A stretch of DNA of 64,000 nucleotides from an uncultured Candidatus Binatia bacterium. Its GTDB lineage: Bacteria; Desulfobacterota; Binatia; Bin18. Under the pieces are notes generated by a model that did not search any database, had not been told where the DNA came from, and saw nothing but the letters and a program-made list of their open reading frames with translations. How positions within the stretch are numbered: position 1 is the first letter of the stretch; each line of letters starts with the position of its first letter. The DNA lies in contig OZ243961.1 in NCBI GenBank assembly GCA_965214605.1, positions 1,408,001 to 1,472,000 on the forward strand, in the 5' to 3' direction. The position numbers and the translations under genes were made by a program. Positions 40,410-50,600 of the stretch are shown here, piece after piece.

Positions 40410-41804
40410 ATGTCAGTACCGAATCCTTTTTTGGCCGACAACTTTGCGCCGATACGAGAAGAAACCCAGGTCGAGGAGCTGCGGGTTATTGGCGAGCTAC
40501 CGCGTGAGATGAACGGGATGTTCGTGCGCATCGGCCCCAACCCCCAGTTTGAGCCGATTGGTACATACCACTGGTTCGACGGCGACGGTATGCTGCACGG
40601 GGTACGGGTCCAGGACGGAAAAGCCTCGTACCGCAACCGCTATGTCCATACGAAAGGTTTTGAGATTGAACGTCAGCGGGGTCGGGCTATTTGGGGGGGC
40701 TTAATGGAGCCACCCCAGTTCGACAATCCAGACGGTCCGTTTAAGAACGCAGCCAATACAGCCTTGGTTTGGCACGACGGTCGCCTCCTGGCGCTGTGGG
40801 AAGGCGGCGAGCCGCACCATATTCGTGTCCCTGGCCTTGAGACGATCGGTCCCTACAACTATCAGGACAAACTGACGAGCGCGTTTACCGCCCACCCAAA
40901 GGTTGATGCAGTGACGGGCGAAATGATGTTTTTTGGCTATGCGCCGCTGCCACCATACCTCCAGTACAGCGTTGTTGCCGCGTCGGGTGAGCTAGTCCAG
41001 ACCGTGCCGATTGATATCCCGGCCGGGGTGATGATTCACGACTGTGCAGTAACCGAACACCATACCCTGCTGCTCGACCTGCCGGTTACCTTCAACCTTC
41101 AAGCCATGACAACAGGCGAGCCGATCCTGAGGTGGAACCCCGACAACGGGGCCCGGATCGGGATCATCCCCCGCCACGGTACAAACGACGATATCACCTG
41201 GTTTGAGATTCCCCCCTGCTATATTTTTCATACCGCCAACGCCTATGAGGCCGGCGACGAAGTGGTCTTGATCGCCTGTCGAGTCAACTCCACCAGCGTC
41301 CTCATGGACGCCGGCCAGCCGTCCCAGGCAGACCAAGACGATCAAGCACCCCGCCTGTACCGTTGGCGTTTCAATCTGAAGACCGGCGCGGTCGCCCAAG
41401 AGAAGCTGGATGACGTCCCGTCCGAGTTTCCCCGCATCAATGAATCTCTTATCGGTCGCCACAACCGCTACAGCTATGCAGCGCACGTCCCCGAAGGCAT
41501 AACCATGCCGTTGTTTGATGGCTTCCAGAAATATGACCATCAGACGGGAACAACCGAGTCCCACCCCCACGGCCCCCAGCGCTACGGTGGCGAGGGCGTC
41601 TTTGTGCCGCGCGACGGGGGACATGCTGAAGACGATGGCTGGCTTGTGACCTATGTGTATGATCAGGTCGAACAGGCTGCCGAAATGGTGGTGGTCAATG
41701 CCCAGGAGATGACGGCCGACCCTGTCGCCCGGGTGTTGATTCCCACCCGCGTGCCATACGGCTTTCACGGAGCCTGGGTGGCGGGTGAGTACATCGGGAC
41801 GTGA
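40410..41804 (+). CDS. Carotenoid/stilbene cleavage oxygenase (RPE65 family)
   Basis: HWFDGDGMLH; four Fe-binding His: TAHPK, MIHD, FHTAN, GFHG. Confidence 0.93.
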   Translation: MSVPNPFLADNFAPIREETQVEELRVIGELPREMNGMFVRIGPNPQFEPIGTYHWFDGDGMLHGVRVQDGKASYRNRYVHTKGFEIERQRGRAIWGGLMEPPQFDNPDGPFKNAANTALVWHDGRLLALWEGGEPHHIRVPGLETIGPYNYQDKLTSAFTAHPKVDAVTGEMMFFGYAPLPPYLQYSVVAASGELVQTVPIDIPAGVMIHDCAVTEHHTLLLDLPVTFNLQAMTTGEPILRWNPDNGARIGIIPRHGTNDDITWFEIPPCYIFHTANAYEAGDEVVLIACRVNSTSVLMDAGQPSQADQDDQAPRLYRWRFNLKTGAVAQEKLDDVPSEFPRINESLIGRHNRYSYAAHVPEGITMPLFDGFQKYDHQTGTTESHPHGPQRYGGEGVFVPRDGGHAEDDGWLVTYVYDQVEQAAEMVVVNAQEMTADPVARVLIPTRVPYGFHGAWVAGEYIGT

Positions 41805-41815
41805 AGTCCTATGAG

Positions 41816-41893
41816 GGAGAGTCCATTATCCTTGGAAAATGACGAGGATGAATGACACGGAGACCGGGAATTTCCAAGGATAATGGACTCTCC
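41816..41893. repeat. Perfect 23-bp inverted repeat with 32-nt spacer (MITE/IS-end-like)
   Basis: GGAGAGTCCATTATCCTTGGAAA (41816-41838) and its exact reverse complement (41871-41893). Confidence 0.85.
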
Positions 41894-42328
41894 TCTAAGA
41901 CCGCAGCTTGAGTATCAGATCCGTGCGGCACTAAACGAGTATTCGGCCACGCTGCCAATAGGGTCCGGACAGTGCCGCAAAACAACGACTGCTCAGCGTA
42001 TTGGCAGGTAGGATGGAGGGGGACATTTTGACCTTGATGTCCCCTCAGACGCTCCTCCAAACAGCCATGGCCTCGCTTGTTAATAGACCAGCAAGGGCCG
42101 ACCATCATTGACGAATTCCGGCGTCAAGCTCAACTGTTTAAGCTGCTGCCGATCCTAACAAACCGGTGTCCTCTACCAGCCCAGTTTCTTATTCTTGGCC
42201 GTGCTTCTGCTGACCTCGTTCGTAGAGTTTCTGAGTTTCTAGTTAGATAATCAGACATACCTACCCTGAGGCTATGGGAGAATAACAGTGTCGCAACTGT
42301 TAGCCCGTGAAAATGAAGAGGAGACGCG

Positions 42329-42724
42329 ATGTCTACAACCCGCCAACATCTGGCTGAGTTGACCCGGCGATTCATGACTTCGTTCAACAACAACGATCTT
42401 GAGGGCGTGATGTCCTTTTTTGCCGGTGATGCCGTCTACGACGAGTTTAACGGCACCCGCAATCACGGCAAAGACGCGATCCGGGCTGCCTTTATCCCGC
42501 AGTTCAGCGGCCGCTATGGCACGATGCGGTTTCTTGACGACGATCTGTTCATCGATAGTGACACCGGCAAGGTCATGGTCAGCTGGCGCTGTACGCTTGA
42601 GCTAGAAGGCCGGCCAACGTCGTGGCGGGGGCTCGACCTGCTGCACTTCCAGGGTGACACCCTGGTCCGCAAGCTGACCTATGCGAAGGCCAAGGCCCCT
42701 CTGTTTGAGGATCGATCAGGATGA
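42329..42724 (+). CDS. SnoaL/NTF2-like protein
   Basis: FNNNDLEGVMSFFAGDAVY, GKDAIRAAF, RGLDLL...KLTYAK. Confidence 0.85.
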   Translation: MSTTRQHLAELTRRFMTSFNNNDLEGVMSFFAGDAVYDEFNGTRNHGKDAIRAAFIPQFSGRYGTMRFLDDDLFIDSDTGKVMVSWRCTLELEGRPTSWRGLDLLHFQGDTLVRKLTYAKAKAPLFEDRSG

Positions 42725-42759
42725 AAAAGAGTGGAAATCCCGGCTGACAACACTAGGAA

Positions 42760-43290
42760 AACTTGCCGCCCCATAAAGCGTGCAGAAATTCACCAGAGGC
42801 GTTTTCCCGTGCCGGAGCCTGTAAAGATTTCAGCTCCTGAGCCGAGACGTCTCTCTTGGTCTTCACCTCCGGTATATAGTTGACCAGCGCATGCGCATTA
42901 GGCAGATCTCAAAAGCCCAGCCACATTCCGGCGTTCCCAAACGGAACGCCCACCTCCAGAGATCACTCACGACCCCAATCTCGAAAAAGCACCACTGAGA
43001 GGAGCCCGGCGGTTTCCTCTTCGGAGACTCCCGCCAGGCGAGAAGTTCGTCCAGCACCGAGATTTCCTTCAGGACTTCAAAATACTCGTAGACAGACGTT
43101 CAGACAACTTGCGTATCATTCTCCACCTTGGGGAAGTTGACATGGCACGAGGCCGCGACTCTGAGAGAACGACTAAAAACTGACACATGACAAGTCGATC
43201 CCTCAGCAAAAGCCTCCTGCTGAAGATAGAGGCCGGGAGCAGCTTGTGCCTCCGCGCCTAGATGATCGTCGGAGAAGTGGATTGAGGGCG
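42760..43290 (-). pseudogene. AAA ATPase + DUF4143 protein, C-terminal remnant
   Basis: YLQQEAFAEG...FSRSLRVAA...NFPKVEND...VYEYFEVLKE...ELLAWRESPKRKP...FFEIGVV...GWAFE, then EVKTKRDVSAQELKSL; stops present. Confidence 0.65.
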
Positions 43291-43501
43291 GAGTTCCACC
43301 TGCAATCGGCTGTCTGGGAATCGGCGCCGCTCAGGCTGAACCCGCCGCTCAAGGCCTCGTGTGGGGTGAGGCTGAACCCAGGCTCACTCAAATCCCAAGC
43401 GGCAAAAGGACAACCCAGGGGGGGGGTGAACTCACAAACAGGAGGGGTTATTCGCGGGGCACCCTATGTCCTTATCAGCGCGGATAAAACCAATGATTTC
43501 C

Positions 43502-45874
43502 TCACCCTAACTTCGCCGCTCCCACCGCCTCAAGCCGACACGGCACATAGCGGTGATATGGACAGCCGCTAAAGGGGTCGCGGTCGGCGATGTCGGTGTA
43601 GTCGTTCATGTTCACCCCAACGATTTCGACCGGTCCGTCATAGCCCCCCTCACCGCTCGGATATTGCATGCCGAAGCCGTTTGGCATCCACACATGGCCA
43701 TCCATGAGTTTGGCATCGATTATGGCCGGCAACTCCACGCTACCGCGTTTGGTAACGACCCGAATCGCATCCCCATTGGCCACCCCCAGGCGTTCGGCGT
43801 CACCGGGAGACAGGTTGAGCGCACAGTGTGGTCCCCGTCCTTTGCGCCACTTTGGGTCGCGCTGAATGGTGTTCGCCGTCCAGCGGGTGCGCAGGCCGGA
43901 GGCCATAATCACCGGGTAGTCCGGGTCGTGGGCGGGCGGGGTATGAATGGCGCGGCTCAGCTCGGCCTGGATCTCTTGGGGAGCTAGGCGTATTTTTTTG
44001 TCGTCAAAGCCGATCCGATCGTCCAGATTCGTCGCCGGATCAAGCCGGGCAATTTCCACTCCTTCAGGATGCGCCATCAGACGCCGATACACTTCGAGCC
44101 CCAAGCTGAAGCCGTCTTCGTTTTGCCACTCCGGACCAAACGCGCGCGCCACAGCCTCGCCCCGAACTCGTCCGTTCATCACCGCTTGAAACCAAATCGA
44201 AGACAGCACGGGGGAGTCCAAATAGCGACCCAGGGTCCGATACGCCCAGTACAGGGGAGCACCGAACCCGGCCTGTTTGGCCGCGGCCTGGAGGACAGAG
44301 AGATAGCGTTTCGCGCCGGCCGGCCGGTCGGCCTCGGCGGCCAACTCGTGCAACTCGGTCGGCACCCTGGGAACCAGCCCCATGGCTTCGGCCAAACGAA
44401 TATAAATCTCGCCTTCGGGCAGGGCTTCTCCTGGGGCTGGAACAATTGGAGGACGGACCTGAACTGGCACCCCGGGAAAGCCGCGTGGAAAGCTGGCCAT
44501 CTCCCATTTTTCATAGCCGACCGGGGTGGGCAAGACATAGTCGGCGACGCGCGCCGTCTCGGTCATGGCTGGTTCAATAACAACCAGCAACTCCAGTTTC
44601 TCCCGTGCTGCGAGCCAGGTTTTGGTATCGGGATAGGACAGCAGCGGGTTTGCGCCCTCGACAATCAGAGCCCTCAGGCGCTCGGGATGGTCAAGGGTGA
44701 TCTCTTCAGGAATGAGCACTGGCGAAAAAATTCCCAGCCGGGTAAAGGCCGAGACGGCCGGGATACCGGACGCCAGGGCGCGTTCAGGCTCCTCGTGGCG
44801 GCGCGGGTCGGGCGTCGGCGGATTGAGGTTGGTGGTGAACACGTTGCCACCTTCTCTGCCCAGGTTGCCGGTCACTGCGATCAATAGGTGAAGTAAATAC
44901 GAATTGAGAGTTGAGAACAGGGTCATCTCAACGCCCAGATCCCACAAAAATGAGGCGCGCCGGGCCGCGGTCAGCTCTTCGGCGGTGGCCACAATGTCGC
45001 TCACTTCCAGGCCACAGCGGCGGGCCATGTCTTGAAGGTCAACCTTGGCGAGCTGGGATTTGATCTCTTCGTAGTCCAGTGTCTTGTCCCGAATGAAATC
45101 CGCATCGCCCAAGTCCCGGCCAATAATGATCGCGGCCAGGGCCAGGAGCAGATAGGCGTCCGTCCCAGGCTTGAGGCGGAGGTGGCGGTCGGCCTGTCTG
45201 GTGGTCTCGGTCACCCGTGGATCTACGACCACCAACTTGCGCCCGGCATCACGGGCGAAGGCTTTCAGCCCATCGGTCGGATTGTGGCCTCGGTTGCTAA
45301 TATGCGGGTTGGTCCCAAGAACCAGCAGAAAATCGGAGCGGTCGTGGTCGGGGTGCAGCATCGTGCCCGACGAGCTATCCAGCATCCACTTCAACACTAT
45401 CCAGTGTTGGGATTTTTCCTGGGCCAGGGCGTTGAAGAAGCGCCGCGAGCCCAGGAGCGAAAGAAACGTCACCCCAAAGGGAGCGTCCAGGTGATTACCC
45501 TGGCCACCAATCCCGGCCAGCCCGATAGAACGCGGCGAATGGTGCTGTCTGATCTGTGTCAGCTTGGTACTAATCTCAGCGATGGCCTGCTCCCAGCTGA
45601 TCTGTTCAAAACCACCCTCAGGTCGACGCTTGAGCGGGCGGGAAACACGCTGAGCATGGTTCACATACGAGGGAATGCTGAAGCCTTTATTACAAATATA
45701 GCCGTGTGAGATTGGGCCTGTCTCATCCGCCCGGATATTTGCAATCTGTCCGTCGACCACATCGACCCGCAGGGCACAGTTGTGGCTACACAACACACAC
45801 ACCGTGGCCTGATCTTTGGCGTTCAGCTGAATCGGCGTTCGGGAGATTGACGGATCGGCTATCCAGGTTTGCAT
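43502..45874 (-). CDS. Molybdopterin-dependent oxidoreductase, stand-alone
   Basis: CVLCSHNC...GYICNKG 4Fe-4S motif, GANPLLS, TETARVADYVLP, C-terminal dinucleotide-binding domain (DAERLGV..GD). Confidence 0.9.
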   Translation of the reverse strand: MQTWIADPSISRTPIQLNAKDQATVCVLCSHNCALRVDVVDGQIANIRADETGPISHGYICNKGFSIPSYVNHAQRVSRPLKRRPEGGFEQISWEQAIAEISTKLTQIRQHHSPRSIGLAGIGGQGNHLDAPFGVTFLSLLGSRRFFNALAQEKSQHWIVLKWMLDSSSGTMLHPDHDRSDFLLVLGTNPHISNRGHNPTDGLKAFARDAGRKLVVVDPRVTETTRQADRHLRLKPGTDAYLLLALAAIIIGRDLGDADFIRDKTLDYEEIKSQLAKVDLQDMARRCGLEVSDIVATAEELTAARRASFLWDLGVEMTLFSTLNSYLLHLLIAVTGNLGREGGNVFTTNLNPPTPDPRRHEEPERALASGIPAVSAFTRLGIFSPVLIPEEITLDHPERLRALIVEGANPLLSYPDTKTWLAAREKLELLVVIEPAMTETARVADYVLPTPVGYEKWEMASFPRGFPGVPVQVRPPIVPAPGEALPEGEIYIRLAEAMGLVPRVPTELHELAAEADRPAGAKRYLSVLQAAAKQAGFGAPLYWAYRTLGRYLDSPVLSSIWFQAVMNGRVRGEAVARAFGPEWQNEDGFSLGLEVYRRLMAHPEGVEIARLDPATNLDDRIGFDDKKIRLAPQEIQAELSRAIHTPPAHDPDYPVIMASGLRTRWTANTIQRDPKWRKGRGPHCALNLSPGDAERLGVANGDAIRVVTKRGSVELPAIIDAKLMDGHVWMPNGFGMQYPSGEGGYDGPVEIVGVNMNDYTDIADRDPFSGCPYHRYVPCRLEAVGAAKLG

Positions 45875-46602
45875 AGGCTCCTCCTCGGTCCATTGCAGCG
45901 GCTTCTGTTTTCAGCTACGGAGTCTACCTAGCCCGTGGCCCAGATGCAATGACGGTCAAATTTGTGCCTTCCCCAGTCTCGAGCAGTATATACGGAGGTT
46001 CGCAGCGGCTCGTCATCTCTGACGCCTCTCCGACTCAGGACCAGACATGGAACTCTCAGGCTCCCAGACCCCTCCCACATCCCAGCGGACTGTATAGCAG
46101 CGTTGGCCGATCCCCAATGCCGAGCCACCTCTATGTCCGGTTCCAAGAAGCTGGACACCACAGCCGCGTACGAATACCGCGGCGAGGTCCGACTCAGGCA
46201 CCTATGCCGACACAATCAACCCCGAGAGTATTGAAGCTCCGAGCCATTACAAAGTCGGAGTCCTGGACGACAGGGGTAGACAGAGCTTTACTAAGGGGAA
46301 TGTAGGCCGACTTTACAGAGCCCAAAGGTTCGCTGGCTAGGGCGTCTCATCCAGGACGTGCTGCTCGGCAGAGCCGAATACATCACCGATATGCAGTTTC
46401 TGGAGAGGAGGACGTCCAATGCTGTCCCCCCAGGCTCGGTGAGCAGGCCGAAAAAGACCGGCCGGGTGACGAATTCCGCTTTCGGCTTGGGCAGTACTCC
46501 CCTCTGGTGCGGGCTGATAGGGTCTTGTCTGCAACCTCACACGGAGTCCCGTGGGGTCGATAGGTCCAATCGCCTGGACAGGTAGCCTGTTGCATAATAG
46601 TT

Positions 46603-47574
46603 ATGGCGATAGTGCTTCACATATTACAAGTCATGTCTCGCAGTGCTTCACTGGCCCTAAAACGCTGGGCTAACCATGGCCTTTCAAGTGCCCCTCAGCC
46701 TCCGCATGGCCGTTCTAGGCTTGTACGTATCGGGCTAGCGTCGCTGTTGAGTCTGAGCGCGGGCCAACTAGCTTGGACCGAGCCCGCGGCCCAAGCTGCC
46801 GCGTCCGACGAGTCCGCCTTGATTGAGGCTGGAGAGGCCACAATCCATGCTCTCATTGAGGGCGAGGGCCAGCCGATTGTCCTTCTCCCGGCCCTCGGTC
46901 GCGGCGTCGCAGACTTTAGCGACCTCAGTGCCCGTCTGGTGACGGCCGGTTTTCAGGTCGTCCGGCCCCAGCCGCGAGGCATAGGCGCGAGTACGGGTCC
47001 GACCACCGGGCTCACCCTACACGACCTCGGCAACGATATCGCGGCCGTGATTCGCGCTCTGGATAACGGCCCGGTCACGCTGGTCGGCCATGCCTTTGGC
47101 AGCCGTGTCGCCCGCGTGGTAGCCAGCGATCATCCACAGCTTGTCAGTGCATTGGTGTTGCTCGCAGCTGAAGAACGTCAGCCCGCACCGCCCGACATCC
47201 TACACGCCCGGCTGATGTCCTATGATCCGAGCTTGTCACGAAGAGTCCGACGGCGGCTTATTCAAAAAGCATTCTTTGCCGCTGGCAACGATCCGGTCAG
47301 CTGGCAGAGCGGCTGGCATCAGAAAGCCACCCGGACGCAGATGGTCGCCATCCTGGCGACCAAAACCCAAGCGTGGACCGCCCCCGGCAGCACCCCGATC
47401 CTTCTGCTACAGGGGACCGAAGACAAAATTGCCCCGCCCGAGAATGCCCGGCGCTTCAAACGGCACTATGGAGCGCGGGTCACGCTGGTCGAAATAAGGC
47501 AGGCCGGCCATGCTATGCTGCCGGAGCAGCCACGGGCAATTGCCAAGGCGATCGTCTCTTTTTTGCGACCTTAG
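46603..47574 (+). CDS. Alpha/beta-hydrolase fold protein with Ala at the nucleophile position; start uncertain
   Basis: LVGHAFG elbow, QGTEDKIAP, AGHAMLPEQP; hydrophobic N-terminal stretch ending AAQAAA. Confidence 0.82.
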   Translation: MAIVLHILQVMSRSASLALKRWANHGLSSAPQPPHGRSRLVRIGLASLLSLSAGQLAWTEPAAQAAASDESALIEAGEATIHALIEGEGQPIVLLPALGRGVADFSDLSARLVTAGFQVVRPQPRGIGASTGPTTGLTLHDLGNDIAAVIRALDNGPVTLVGHAFGSRVARVVASDHPQLVSALVLLAAEERQPAPPDILHARLMSYDPSLSRRVRRRLIQKAFFAAGNDPVSWQSGWHQKATRTQMVAILATKTQAWTAPGSTPILLLQGTEDKIAPPENARRFKRHYGARVTLVEIRQAGHAMLPEQPRAIAKAIVSFLRP

Positions 47575-47602
47575 ATCATAACAGAGAGGGAAAACACCCC
47601 AT

Positions 47603-50600
47603 ATGGCTTTCTACGCCGATCTGCATATTCACTCCAAGTATTCCCGCGCCACCAGCAAAAACTGCGACCTCGAACATCTAGCTCTATGGGCCCGCAAAAA
47701 AGGCATCAGCCTTGTCGGCTCCGGCGATTTTACCCATCCAGCCTGGCACGCCGAGTTGAAAGACAAGCTCGTGCCTGCTGAGCCTGGCCTATTTCGCCTC
47801 CGACCCGACCTGGAAAAAGCGGTTGAGCACCAGCTCCCATCGGCCTGTCGAACGAGCAGGGCGGCCACCCGTTTTATGCTGTCGGTCGAGATCTCGACGA
47901 TTTATAAAAAAGGTGACAAGACGCGTAAAATCCATCATTTGATCTATGCTCCGGATTTTGAAGCGACCGATCGGGTGATTCACAGCCTGTCGAAAATCGG
48001 CAACCTGCAATCGGATGGTCGGCCTATCCTGGGGCTGGACTCTCGCCATCTCCTAGAGATCACCCTAGAGTCGAGTCCGGGCTCGTACCTCGTTCCGGCC
48101 CATATCTGGACGCCGTGGTTTGCCGCCCTCGGTTCAAAGTCGGGCTTTGACGCCATCGACGCCTGTTATGCCGATTTGGCCCCCCACATCTTTGCTGTTG
48201 AGACAGGGCTGTCCTCAGATCCACCTATGAACTGGCGGGTGTCGTCTTTGGATCGTTTCCGTCTGGTGTCTAACTCCGACGCCCATTCGCCGGAAAAGCT
48301 GGGCCGAGAGGTGTGCGTCTTCAATACTGAGTTGGACTATTTTGCCGTGCGTCAGGCGCTAGAGACAGGGCAAGGTTACGAAGGCACGCTGGAGTTTTTT
48401 CCCGAAGAGGGCAAATATCATCTCGATGGCCACCGCGGCTGCAATATCCGCCTCTCTCCGAGTGAGACCCGTCAACACCAGGGCAGGTGTCCGGTGTGCG
48501 GCAAGCCGCTGACCGTCGGCGTTATGCACCGGGTTGAAGACCTAGCCGACCGCCAAGAAGAGGGCCCCCCACCCCAAACGGCCGGCAGCGCATACAGCCT
48601 TGTCCCGCTGCCGGAGATGCTGTCCGAGATTTATCAGGTCGGTCCCAAGAGTAAAAAAATCAGCCATCACTATGAAAGCCTGTTGGGTCGGCTCGGGCCC
48701 GAACTCCAACTGCTCACCACGCTGCCGCTAGAAGACATTCGGCACGCCGACGCGCCCCTCGTCACCGAGGCGGTTTCTCGATTGCGTCAACAAGAAGTGA
48801 TCCGAGAGGCCGGCTACGACGGCGTATACGGCACAATTCGCCTTTTCCACGACGACGAACTGCGCCGGCACCTCGGCGGGGCGCCATTATTTCAGGAGGC
48901 GCCACCGCCTGCGTCACCCCTGCCAGTGGACGAAGAACGGGCGACCCCCAGCAGCCCGGCCCACCCAGCTCCCCCTCGTCTTCAGCGCCCAAGCCACACA
49001 ACGCCAACCGATCCGCCGGTCGATATCTCGTCCGATATTTTGGCCGAGCTCGACGCAGATCAACGCCGAGCGGCCGAAATCACCTCTGGTCCTCTCCTCA
49101 TTGTGGCTGGTCCTGGGTCGGGAAAAACCAAAACCCTCACCCACCGTCTCGTCCATCTCATCACCAAGCACGCCGTCCCGCCAGCCCAATGTTTGGCCCT
49201 CACCTTCACCAGACGGGCGGCCGATGAGCTGCGCGCCCGCCTGCAAACCTTGCTGCCCGACGGGTGGCGGCAAGTCACGGTAGGAACCTTTCACTCCTTA
49301 GCCCTGTCCATTCTCCAGGCCGACTGGAACGCGGCCGGTCTGCAGCGCGGTTTTCGGCTTGCCTCAGATATCGAACGGCTGCGCCTGCTCCAAGACACCC
49401 TAGGTGTGTCTGAAAAAACAGCCTACAGCCAGCTCTCGGCTATTTCACACGCCAAACGGACCCGGACGCCGCCGACCGACAGACGCCTGAACGCGGCCTA
49501 TAAGGCGTACCAGCATCAGATGGAGACCCGCAATCTGCTTGATTTTGATGAACTGGTTATCCGGGCGGCCGACACCTTAGCCTCTGAACCCGCCCTCCAG
49601 GCTCACTACCGACAGCGCTACCGCTGGGTGTGTATCGACGAGTACCAAGATGTCGATGAGCAACAGGTCCGGTTCATCAAACAACTTGTTCCTCCGGACG
49701 GCAACATCTGCGCGATTGGTGACCCAGACCAAGCCATCTATAGCTTCCGGGGTGCGAATGTGCGTTTTTTCTCCGAGTTTCAGCACGACTTCCCCACGGC
49801 CGAGGTCGTGCAGCTGACCCGCAATTATCGCTCCGACCAAAATATTGTCAGGCTCTCATCCCAGGTGATGCCGACCTCCTTGGCCCAACATTCCGTCCCG
49901 GTTCTCGAAAACGCGCCTAGTCTGATCACCATCCATGAAGCGCCAACCGAAAAAGCCGAGGCTGAATTTATTGTTCAGTCACTGGAACACACGCTGGGCG
50001 GACATAATTTTTTCTCCATTGACAGCGGTCGCTCGGCGGACGCCGAGGGACAGGACTTGTCGTTTTCCGATTTTGCGGTGCTCTACCGTACCGAGACCCA
50101 AGCCGCGGCCCTGGTCGAAGCCCTGCAGCGCTCAGGCCTGCCGTTTCAAAAGCGTTCGCATAGCCGGCTGCTGGATCATCCCGGTACTGCTGTTCTGCTT
50201 GACGCGATGCGCCAGCAGATCCAAGCTGGAGTTGTTCGGGACCAGCTCGAAGCGGCCCATAGTCAGCTCCGACAAGCGGCACAGTCAGCCTCCAATGAAG
50301 TGACAGAGGCCTATGAGTTCCTTAAACCCATCGCTCAGACGTGTGGACAAGATTTGGAACGCTTTCTGTCCGAGCTGGCCCTGGAAAGCCAGGCCGACAG
50401 CTGGGATTCTCGCGCCGACCGGATTTCGCTGCTGACTCTGCACGCCGCCAAAGGACTCGAATTCTCGGTTGTGTTTATCGTTGGCTGTGAGGACGGTATC
50501 CTACCCCTACGGTGGGGAAAAACCGGACAGGCCGAACTCGACGAAGAACGTCGGGTATTCTACGTCGGCGTCACCCGGGCAAAAACAAAGCTGTATTTGT

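Noticed and set aside
45950-46300. Possible RelE remnant (IAALADP...GSKKL...AY)
   Set aside because: Only two short motif fragments and no antitoxin partner recognised.
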